A stretch of 64,000 nt of DNA. Origin: Cenococcum geophilum. Taxonomy: Eukaryota. The position numbers and the translations under genes are program-made. The notes under the pieces were generated by a model. The model saw nothing but the letters and a program-made list of their open reading frames with translations, did no database searches and was not told where the DNA came from. Of the stretch, positions 26,931 through 38,037 are shown one piece after another; the first letter of the stretch is position 1, and the number at the start of each line of letters is the position of its first letter. The DNA is taken from NCBI GenBank assembly GCA_050273025.1, contig CP158636.1, positions 6,510,001 through 6,574,000 on the forward strand. The letters are read 5' to 3'.

Positions 26931-27361
26931 TAGTAATTCATCCTAAGAATTACGGTCGACGCTCTCTCGAACTGTGTGTACCATGATGGAATAAGCTTAC
27001 CCAAATTTGACTTTCCACTACTTTTAACAGTTGTCATCGTTGTATTGCAAATTTTCAGGCCCAGTCAAAAGATGTGGATGGATATAGTACAAATGTAGAA
27101 AACTGCCGAATTTATTTCCCTTTGAAGCCTCTCCCCAAATACAGATCAACGAAATGGATAAGCACGTCGCGCCCGCTTTCTCATTTCCCAAAATACGCTC
27201 AAATACACCAGCCAACCCTCCGACGCCATGACAGTAGGTATATAAAAATGCAAAAAAAATCCGTAAAATACATATAAGTGATTGATCAAAACTCCTTAAT
27301 CGCTAGGTCCAATATTGGCAAAAATTATTCACCATATCCTCAAAGCAGTCACTTGTGTCAA

Positions 27362-29903
27362 CTAGAACGCCAAACGTGAAAGCGGCTTCCAAATTGATCT
27401 TCTCGATGCTGTCGTATTGCCACTATTTCGTCTTGATATGCCCCGTCTTTTCATTTCTTCTTTTAGAAGGCCACTAATCTCCTGAGAAGTCTCCGGCAAA
27501 GGCTCCTCGTTACCGAAAGTTGCACCTTTTCGAAGGAGGAGTTCCACCATATCGTGTTTTCTCCCATTGACAGCGAGCCAAAGTGGAGTCTTGTTGGCTT
27601 TATTCTTAGCTTCAATACTTGCACTATTTCTTAAAAGGATCTCGGCAGACCTCTGTTTGTTGTATGGAGACTTGACAGCAAAATGTAACGGCGTTTCGTT
27701 CTCATTGTTGGTTGCGTTAACGTCGGCATGTTTGTCCAGAAGGTGTTGAAGCATGGCAACATCTTCGCCTTGCCCGAAAATTGCGTGATGTAGCACAGTC
27801 CACCCGCTTTTATCCTGTGCACCGATATGAGCTCCGCTCTCTAGCAGACACTGTACAACACTGTTTCTATTCCATCGCGCTGCGACCAGTAATGGTGTGG
27901 CTTCTTTCTGGTCGGTTTGATCCACAGGTCTTCTTAACCTCGGCCCTAACAAAACTTGGACCATATCCAGGTCACCTTTGCGGGCGGCATGGTGCAGAGC
28001 TGGCTCTCCACTACCTGTCGGGTGAGTATATGTATTTGGGTTACGCGTGATACCCGCCTGGTTGTGAGCCAGAGCATTTGTCAATAGTAATCTTTCCGTT
28101 GCGCTGAGCTTCTCGATGTCTTCTCCGTTCTGAAGGCACTCGCTAATCTTCTCCATGTCTTCTTCATCTATTGCCGAGACCAGATTGACCGAGGTGGAGC
28201 GCGTACTTGGGTCAGAGGAGAACGAAGAGGATACCGGAGAAACTGGATGAGTGCTATTACTGACGAAGCTCGTTGGTGAAATTGGATGAACTGGCAGGTA
28301 TGTCGCTCGAGGTGTGGTTAAGTACAATTCCCGGTAAGGCTTTGCAAGCGCGGGTTTGTTTTGCTTTTCATATAGATCCACCAGTAGTTTAGCTGACCGC
28401 TGTAGGAGAGTGTTTCCCTGCCTGGGGGAGTCTAATGCCACATGCAATGACCTCATAGAATAGTCTTCCCATACTTCGAAGAGTTTACAATCCTTTTCGT
28501 TACCCGCGTGGTAATTTCTCTGATATGCAGTAGCCAGTGCACAGCAAAGTCTACCATACCTGCCGGAGCTCTTACGAGACTCTCCTATCAAACAGAGATA
28601 CTCCTGCTCCGCTTCACTGAACTTCTCCTGCTTCGTATACGCTTCAGCTAACTGCTCTCTTAACTCCACTATCTCATCAAATGGGAAGTTGTATATCTCC
28701 AACCGTTTCTTTCCGTATTCAATAGCGTCAAGTAAATGGCGTTCGGCGCTGTAATAACGTTCATTTACAAAGTCGTTTCGAGCGTTATCCTTAAAGTTGT
28801 CGATGAGGGCATTCATGATTGCTTCAGGAGGAACAGTGTCGTCGCGATTATGTGGGAAATGCTCCGCAGATTCCCCAGAATTGCCGGTACTTCCCATAAC
28901 CTCATGTCTTGTCCACGCGTGGCATGGGGGTGAAAGTGGGTAAAGCGGGATTCCTCCCCCATCAGATTCATCACTGCTGTCGGTTTCTGACTCGGTATTT
29001 GAGCGCTCGCCGACCACTCCCTGCGATAGATCATAACGCACGCCCGAGCTCCCATCCTGCTGTGACATATCTCCGCTACTTTGCCCGATGACGCTTCCAG
29101 CCCTCGATAGTTTATCCCTGAAAGATACAGCTGCGCCGAGGCACTCTTTCATCGTTTTTAGGTCTAGACTTTCGTGTGTGTATCTTTCACCTCGTCCGAT
29201 CACGGTTTGTGTCGCGGAGGAGTCATCGCAGTCGTGCTTGTGCTCCTTATGGACAGTACCCTGCAGGACGTTTTGTTGCGAGAGCTTCCCCAAACGAATT
29301 TCCCCCTTTTCTATAGCTTCGGCAATTGACGGCAGGTATCTATTCGTTATTGCGTTGCCCGCACGCAAGAGAGTCAATCTTTCTTCATGCTCAAACCTAG
29401 CCAAACCGTCAGCATACTAACTCTGTAAAGCGATGAAATTCAGAAACTCACGGCTGAAAGCAGGGTAACAGAACACTCAGAGAGGCAATGTCGGCTTTCA
29501 TGTCCTTTTCTAGTCGTATAGTCTTTGGTTCACCTTCAATGTTGTTCATCGCAATTAGTCCCCTCCGTAGCCAACCGTATTTCTCTCCATCGCCCAGTCT
29601 TTCTATCTCCTCTTCAAACTTCTTCATAGTCTGCTGGCAGCGCTCTAAAGCATTGCCCACCGCGAGCCATATCTGCTCCTCATCCTCGCTCAAAGGCTTG
29701 AACCTTCTCTGTTTCTTCCGACCCTTCAGGGACGAATGTACAGCCCGGAGGACCTCGTCCCATCGCACAACACTTTTAGAAATAGTTCCGGAAGCTTCCT
29801 TGATATCTCTAGCTTCATTCGCAATCCGAGAAACATAACGGGACAGTTTGTAGGCTACCGCAACGATGGTAAACGCGCTCGCGACAGCACCGATCTCCGC
29901 CAT
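27362..29903 (-). CDS. HeLo-like (fungal STAND N-terminal type) domain + TPR-like helical region + ankyrin-repeat protein; two exons (29903-29452, 29396-27362)
   Basis: The N-terminus MAEIGAVASAFTIV...C..TMKKFEEEI..L...WLRR resembles HeLo-like domains. The 55-bp GT-AG intron 29451-29397 joins the two ORFs in frame. Ankyrin motifs follow: GEPALHHAA, ATPLLVAA, GWTVLHHA, ETPLHFAV, KTPLWLAV. Confidence 0.85.
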
Positions 29904-30520
29904 TGCTGCGACCCCGCGGGGCGGAATTCCGAGGCTAGCAAGACACTATGCCAGGAAGACCTCTCACGTGGCTGAGTGGTCACAAATTTATTTCCAACCT
30001 AGGTCGCCCTAGTGAGCGACGAAATCTAGAAGAAAGAAGGATTTTCAGTGTTAAGATTGATATTCTCAGGCGGTTATTCATGGCGACGGCTCACTACGCA
30101 GGCAGACGACACGATCAGCAAAGCATGGCCAAGTGAGGAGTCGCCCTCGTGCTTCGTCTCGCTACAGCCTTCCAAAACCTTATCTCATAAATCAGACCAG
30201 GGTTTGAGAGCTTATGGTCGCAGTTTTGGTGGTAACGGGGCGTCAAAATGCACCAAAAATCACCTTTTTCACTGCTGTATCTCGACCCTTCTACAACGTC
30301 GAGCTGTCATATGAGGTGGGAGCTCTTTAGCTTCTCTATCTATTGCATCAAAATAACGACGTCAGTCGCATTTGTCCAAAACTCGTTGGCCTAGTTTTGT
30401 CGCAATTTTGCCTTAATTTTGCCTCACTGCCATACCTTACGTGCTTCTCTACGTCTAATTATTTTTAAAAAATCACGAGCTCTTTATTTTCTCTATTGCC
30501 TCCATATTACGGCAATATTA

Positions 30521-30832
30521 TCCCTTAACACGTCAATTCGGGTCCTCAGGTTATCGATAAGGAGTAACCAATCAGATCGCCTGAATTTGGTGCCCGTACT
30601 CAGGAATATGAGGCCGGTGATATTCGTAATATTTCATACAAAATTGATATATAAGCTTAATCTTTGGAGTTAGATCGCTTAATATGAGGCCTCCAGCAGT
30701 CGTCCTTCCTGCAGAACGGTATTTTGCATATACTGCAGCCAAAATGAGTCCTTGGAGGATGCGTACGCGTTGATTTGAAAACGGTGTTCCCGCACGGGCC
30801 ACTTACTCTGAGGACCCTGACGTGTTAAGGGA
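30521..30832. mobile_element. MITE (312 bp) with TCCCTTAAC termini and TA TSD
   Basis: TIR TCCCTTAACACGTCA(ATTC)GGGTCCTCAG at both ends; TA at 30519-30520 and 30833-30834. Confidence 0.8.
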
Positions 30833-32014
30833 TAGCTCTATTTTACAACAAGTTAGATGTAGGCAGTCGGTCAGTTTTAACTTACGTTTTCAGACCCAGA
30901 GCCGGCGCAGAGACGTCGCACAGTGCGTGGGTAGGACCTGGTGGTTGTTGAGGTGTTGTGGGGGGTAGTAAAAAGTTTTCACATGGTGTTGAACAGACTC
31001 GTGTATAGACATAGATTAAACTACTATATACACATGAAATAGGTGGCGAAGGCTGACGTCGACGATGACGACTGTTACGTCATTGCCACCTCGATCGACA
31101 AGGTAACAGGCAACTGAGACAATCCATCTCGGTTCGACACATGGGATGAGATCTCAAAAACCACCACTATGGTTCCCCCTTCATAATAGACAACTACTAT
31201 GTTCTCCTATTCCAAGCCTGTGTAATCCTCATGAATTTTGACAACGGATTCCAACGTCCCCCGACCCCCAATTGAAAGCATCGACGACCTCTCACATCGA
31301 CGAACGAACGAACGAACGAACAAATATAGCCCCCCTCCCAACCCCCAGGGCGATCGTCCGCGGAGCATGCGGTCCCTACGGTTTTCCTTGTCTTCTCTCG
31401 ACGGGCTGGTGACTCTTAGAGAGGGCCTACCAACCGGGGCCTAGGCACAAAAGATACCTAGGCACACACATACACATCCCACTCGCCTTTCGGTATTTTA
31501 ATGGTGGTTTACGGATGAATCCCCCTTATGCCTTTGATAGGCTTTATTGGGGGGGGGAGCAGGGCGTATATGGCAATGGTCAACAAGAGATAGCACACAG
31601 GGGACGTCAAAATATGGGAAACAACAGGCACACGGCAATCTGATATCAGCAAGGCCTAGTTAGGACGTAGTGAACCCTAGCTATGGATAAGCTGAGAGAA
31701 GGAAGCACCGGTTACTAAGGAGACCCAATATCTAACAGAAGTCAAGAAGTAGCTACGGGGCAGCCGCAGGGGGCCTAGCTACGTGCAGAGATGGCAAATC
31801 GGGGTTTTTCATCCTACTGAGGTGGCTCATAGGGTTTTTCCTCCCCCAACATATCAAGGGTTTTCTTCCTGTAAATTTACAAGTTTCCCCTAGGTAAAGT
31901 GTACTTCCAGGACTTACGTGCTAACGAATACGAGTCAACGGCCACCACTACCTATTGGTGCGTTAGGTCTATACGAAACGTTTTCAAGGAGAGAGCCTTG
32001 CTAGCAGATAAATA

Positions 32015-32196
32015 CACCACCCTGGCGCATCCGGTTGAAAGCGCGTGCTGATAGCGCAGATCAAACTACGCGGATTTGTACCGAAAAATATGTTGAAATA
32101 CGCCAAAGTGGTCGTGCTTATTATTAAAAGGTATAAAATTGTGTCGTTTAATCACCAAGATTAACACGCGCTTCAACCGGATGCGCCAAGGTGGTG
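32015..32196. mobile_element. Tc1/mariner-derived MITE (182 bp)
   Basis: ~33-bp imperfect TIR CACCACC(C/T)TGGCGCATCCGGTTGAA(A)GCGCGTG with TA on both flanks. Confidence 0.8.
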
Positions 32197-33002
32197 TAAG
32201 GTTATCTCACAAATTAGACCCTACGGTAGTGTTGATCGTCGTCACTAGTTGCTGGCGCGCTATCCCAGGTGAACCCCTCGCGACGGAGTTCATGCCTTGG
32301 TGTTGAGAGGGCGTTGCGTATTTGCTCCATAAACCTGTTCAGCATATTCTTCGAGTGAGGGCCAGTGCCTGCTGTGTTCAAAAATGAGACGCGGTGTAGG
32401 CAGGTCGAAAAACTCATGGCCCTTATCTTGTGGGCCTGCGTAAGATTTCGGCTTTTCTGTATCTATGACGGATGTTGTTGGTGCAGAAGCGAGCGACGGC
32501 ATGAACTCTCCACACTCAGAAACGCAGTCAGTCACTGATATACGAGTAAGGGCTAGCCTAATGGTAAGAGACAGAGTAGTGAGAAAGATGTTGAGGGTTT
32601 GTAATAGGAGAAAGGGAAAATGTAGAGGTACGATATGGGAGAGAAATGAGAGCAGATGAGGACGAAAGCGGGGGCTGGAAACTTCAAAAACAAGGAGCTA
32701 GAGAAATATCTTGTCAAAGTAAATACCGTAGTAATATGGTGTTTGACGGGAAGGAGCGCATCTTCCGTCGTAATTCCCTTTATCAAATGTCCCATATCTA
32801 GGTAAAATGGAGTGCCATTAAAGACGCATACCCGTTCGCTCTTCTGTCACAAGACCCATTGATACCGCACTAATCCGATACAATCTGAAATTAACGCCGC
32901 TCCTGGCCGACCAATATGCACCGCCCCATTGACAGAAATAAGAAACCGCTATCCAACACCAACCATATGAATCACCAGAAGAAGCTACCCCTAACCCCAA
33001 CA

Positions 33003-36000
33003 TCACCTCAAATCTGCAGGCGTTAGGGCTTGAACCACACTTGTCCCTTCACTGAATCTTGTTCGAAAGATGCGGTTGGCATTCTGGAACATTCCGTCTT
33101 TCAAACTGACAACAATGAATTGAGAGCCTTTGAAGCGAGTCTTGATGAGTCTGCCGATATTCTGAGTATGCGATAAGTCTAGCGCTGCGTCGACTTCGTC
33201 AAGAATGTACATGGGTGCAGGTTTGAACTGGAGCAGCGCCATGATGAGAGAGAGTGCGATTAGCGACCTATAAATATTGAGTACGTTACTTAAACATGAG
33301 ATTGACATAAAAACTTACCTCTGCCCACCGCTGAGTTCTGTTAAGCTCTGCTTCCACACTTTTCCTAGGCAAACCTTCACTTCTAATCCATCTGAGATGG
33401 TTTTACCTTCTGGTGGATCGAGTTTCGCGAAGCTGCCCGGTAGAAGCTCGTTAAATATTTGGCCGAAGTCTCCGTTCACTTTCTCCCATGTCTTTTGCAA
33501 AGCCTCTTTTTTGTATTCGTCAAGACTCACAATCGTCTCTTCGATTTTGCGCTTGTCTTTGATGACTATCCTCATCATATTCTTCAGACTGACTTCTTTC
33601 TTTTCCACGCTGTCAATCATGTTCATGACCTTGGGGTTGATCTTATTCTTCATGCCTTGGAAGCGCTCCGCTAGATTCTTCAATGTGGATTTGCATTCGG
33701 TCATGTTCTGTCCTTTGAAGTCGTAGGGCGTCCCTGATCGTCCGAAATTCTCGCGTTCGTCAGCAATCCAATCATGTTCTTTTTCAAGGGACTTGAGTGT
33801 TTGCGCGGCGGATTCGCGCTCTTTATCGAACTTCTCAATTTGATGGCCAAGCTTTTGTTGCTCAAGGCTTTCTTCGGTGATGAGGGCGGCTTTTGAGCGG
33901 GAAGCTTCTTCTAAAGCGCGTAATTCATCGTCGAATCCAGTCAATTTCGCTTGCTCGTCTGCGAGATGAGCTTGAGCGAGATCGTGCGCATCCTACATAA
34001 GCTTAGTTATAGATCAAGTTCGCTGCGAGATATAAACACAACCTTTACACGAGCCTGCTCGGCGATAAGAGCATCAATCTCCTCCTGCTGAGAAGCAATA
34101 GTTGTCTGAGAGTCATGTAATTGCTCCTGTGCAGCTGCGAGATCACCACCACATTGCTCCGAATCTACCATAGCCTCGCGCATTTCCTGTTGAAGAGGCT
34201 TGATTGACGCTGAATTCTTGCTTAATGCCTTCTTTAGTTTATCTAGTGAAGATTGAAGCTCGGCGAGCTTGCTGTCTTTGTTGTTGCTGAACTCATTCAT
34301 GTCACGTTCAATACGCTTGGTTTCTTTTGTCGCCTCTTCTTGCCTAGCTTTAGCATCCACAACATCTTTCTTCAACTGAACAACGTTTGTCTTCATCTCT
34401 TCTACAGCATGAATGATCTGCCCGTTTGATTAGTGCACGAACACGCCAGAAAAACCTGTAGCACTTACCGAGGATGACGAGTTACTGTTAATTTGCTCCT
34501 CAGTAATCTTGATCTCGTGCACTTTGACGTCGAGTTCTTGCTTCGTCTTACGTGCAGCATCTAATTTCTTCTTATCTCGTGCCATTGTTGCTTGAAGGTT
34601 GACGAGCGCCTGTTCCTGTGCTCTTAGATCCTTGGTGAGTTCGTTAAGCTTCTGTAATGTGACTAGCACGCCACTAGTCTGGGGAGAGCTTCCCCCAGAA
34701 AGAGTGCCGGACGGATCGTAGACATCACCTTCCAGCGTTACGCTCTTCATACGGACAGTAGGATCAAAGGTGACCCGTTTGGCCGTCTCAGCGTCCTCGC
34801 AGACCAAAGTGGAGCCGAAGACGTACTCCATTGCAGCTGTGACTTCTTCGTCGAACCCGATCAAGGAGAGAGCTAGATCAACCTTTCCGGGTGCGATCTT
34901 CTGAGCGGCACCAATTTTCTATTAAGTGTTAGCCTGCAATTCGTAGATTACTCGTTGACTGAGATGCGTACTTCTGCGGACGCCCTGAATGCGGAGATCT
35001 TATTCAGCGGAATGATTGTGACTCTTTTCTTGAGCTTGCCGTTTTGAAGAAGCTGAGTGCCGGTTTCCGCGGTATCTACAACCACATTATATAAGCGACC
35101 CCCGGCACAGATCTCCAGCGCGGTTCCCGCACGAGTGTGCTCTTTCTTCAGGGTAAAGAGCTGTGCTACTAGTCCCTTAACTTTTGACCGGTCAAAGTTG
35201 GGCGAAGGATCACTGTAACTGAAGTCGATATTGGCCACCTTCCGCTTGAGGCCATCTGCTTGTTGGCGTAGCTCTCGTATTCGTGACTGAAGGGCCGATT
35301 CTTGCGTGTACATGTCCTCTTCCTTCCCAGGTTCAAAGCCCAATTTGCTAAGATCAGCTTCTAGTTTCTTAGCTTGCGTTCGGAGAACCTCTAGATCCTT
35401 CAGTAAATTAGAATTTTGTTCTTTGGCCTTCTTTGCCCGAGGTTCTTCCTCCTTGATACGCTTTTCAATATGCGAGATCTTCAGCTTGGCTTGCTCTTGC
35501 TCTGTAGTCGCTACGCTTGCCCGATTCCGAGCGTCTTGCAACTGGCCCTGATAGCCGCTCTCCTGGCCCTCTTTTGAAGCCACACCAGTTTGAAGTGTCT
35601 GTAGCAACTCCTCCTTCTTTTCGACCTCTTCGGTTTGCCGTGTGAGGTCGTCATGTGCCGTCTTGTACTGCTCCTGAAGCTTTTCGTAGATCTTGGTCTT
35701 GTCCTTTAACTGCGCCTCGAGTTCCTTGAAGCTCTTCTCAACTTTCTTCCGCTTTTCGGATTCTTCTGCTTTGCTTGATTTCTTCAGGTCCAGAACCGTA
35801 GTCAGGCGAACAATCTCGTGGGAATGTGTTTTCACTTCATCTTCCAGCGCTTGGAACCTTCCGCCTTTTCGCAGTTCCTTCTCCCGGGTGGCCTTGACTT
35901 TCTTGATATCTTCTTGCAGGAACGCAATTTCGTTCTTGAGCCTGATGGCAGATTCTTCCAGATCCTTCGCCCTTTGCTTCTTGGCTTCAAGATCATCTGC

Positions 36001-36892
36001 AGACTGCCGTAACTTCTCCTTGTATCTGATGTAATCATGAGCTACCACCAGTCTTGTCAGACGCTCCAGATCACTTTGCGTCTGCTGAAAGTCTAAAAAG
36101 GCGCGCTTCTCTTGTCGTAATTTATCCAGTTTTGGGTCAATTTCGTCCCGTAGGAGTTCCGTAATCTCCTGGACCTTCATTTCTTTCTTTGCCATTGTCT
36201 TGAATGCCTTGTCCCGCCTATCTTCGAACATGCGTGTTCCTGCGGCCTCCTCAATCATTGCAAGTATTTCCACCGGTTTCATGTTCAACACCTTCGTGAT
36301 ACGACCTTGCATAATGAGGAAATTGGGATTGTTGATGTTGAGTTGGACAGATTGAAATAGGTTTTGGACGGTTTGCTGCTGCGCTCGGTGGCCATTGATT
36401 AGGTATTTACTTGTGCCGCCTAATACGATTTGTCTCGTTACGGAGATTTGTGCATATTCTTCGAAGCCGATGGGGCTCTTCTTCTTGTCGCGATTATCGA
36501 AGACTATTGTAACACTCGCTTTAGTCACTCCGGCCTGGCCGCGCTTGTATATAAGATCCTGTATCCACTTTAGCAAATAGATAGTGAAAGCTTGTGCGCG
36601 ACATACCTGCAAGTTCTGGGCTCGAACGGTGCTCATGTTGGTGATACCAAGCACGAAACATATTGAATCCAAGATATTCGACTTGCCACTTCCGTTTAAG
36701 CCGGTGATTGAGTTGAAGCTCTCGTCCCTTGAGCGCTGTCAGCTTGAAGGCTCCTAGAGCTTGCGGCGCAAACATACCATCCTGAGATAACTGTTCGTAC
36801 GGCATATGATTTAAAACCCTAACTTTGTCAGATAACAATACATAGAGCACACACGGGTAGCTTACATCTATAACCACTTCGACGACCCTCAT
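33003..36892 (-). CDS. SMC2: Condensin subunit SMC2 (Cut14), multi-exon
   Basis: [51 protein letters not shown] (Walker A), a hinge region ([25 protein letters not shown]), the signature LSGGQR and Walker [12 protein letters not shown]. Confidence 0.97.
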
Positions 36893-37368
36893 GTTGGCGT
36901 CATTGACTGGAAAACTCGTTGCGATTCCAAGTCGTCGCGTTTGTTTTGGCTTTCTTGTGTTGACAGCAACCGGCGCTAACTTGCTAGAATTGCCGGTTCA
37001 CGTGATCCGCTCCTGTTCCTCGTTGCAGCCTTGTTGCACAACAACAACCGTACTCTACTCTCAGATGCAATGCTTTGCCATTGTCATTTTCTATCTACAG
37101 ATTTTCGAGCCACTAGATACGGGGCTTTCAACCCCAGCTTTCGAGACATGTCAAAATGCGTGGAAAGTACCGTAGAATGCCTCGCTAGAGTCTAAAGGAG
37201 GAACACTAGCACTATGATTTCTAGATATTGTATACCTCTAAACTCAGTTGAGAAGTTTTGGTTTTCCAGTCATTCCGTGGTACCAGTTATGAATGTTACT
37301 CCTAAACTACCTTCGTGGAGCCAGATGGCTAGGATTCTTGCAGGCATTGAAAGAAAGACACTTCCCCG

Positions 37369-37871
37369 GATAAGAGTAAGCAGTTTCGGATCCTTCGAAT
37401 CTGACACCATCTTTATTGCCGCTATATTACCATGGCTTCGCATCCATCGCTCTGTACGACTTTGGGGGCTTTGCTTAATAAATCCTTGTGATAAGTAACC
37501 CTCAGTAAGGTATACAGAAACGTTTCGCAACATTTATTTTTACACCCTCTATCCTGGCTTCATCACCGCAACTCCAAGCAGGTGGATAAGGCTATGGCTC
37601 TACTTTGCAGAACACGAAGTTTGTTGCTTTGGAATCTCCAAAAGTAAGCATCACTGGTTGTCGGATCAAGCTTCAGGGCTGGACGCCGGCAGTGCTTTAC
37701 CTCACGCGACTATTTTGTAGGGATCTTTGGATGAGTATGGATATTATGCAGTCGATCATGTTCTGAAACAGGCAGGTTACAATCTGTTTAGCCCCAGTCA
37801 CAAATGCACACAAATTGAAGCACTAAATATCTTGCGCAATTGCTAGGATCTTTGTCGCACTGTACGATAAG
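37369..37871 (+). promoter_or_regulatory. Cluster of four GATAAG sites upstream of the OPT gene (candidate AreA/NIT2 sites)
   Basis: GATAAG at 37369, 37490, 37585 and 37866; function is inferred. Confidence 0.35.
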
Positions 37872-38037
37872 ATATTTCTATAACCGACTTCCGCTTTGCC
37901 CACTTCATGCTCATCTGGAATAAGCATACGCCATTGAGTCTCTGACCAACTTGCTGTGGCCATTCGGTTTGGTTTGGAGGACTACATTGACGTCCATAGT
38001 CAACCTGCCAAAACCTTGATTTCACGCTCTTTAAGAT

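Noticed and set aside
32214..32535. Small minus-strand ORFs downstream of SMC2
   Set aside because: No recognisable motif or supported splice model; a small gene cannot be excluded.
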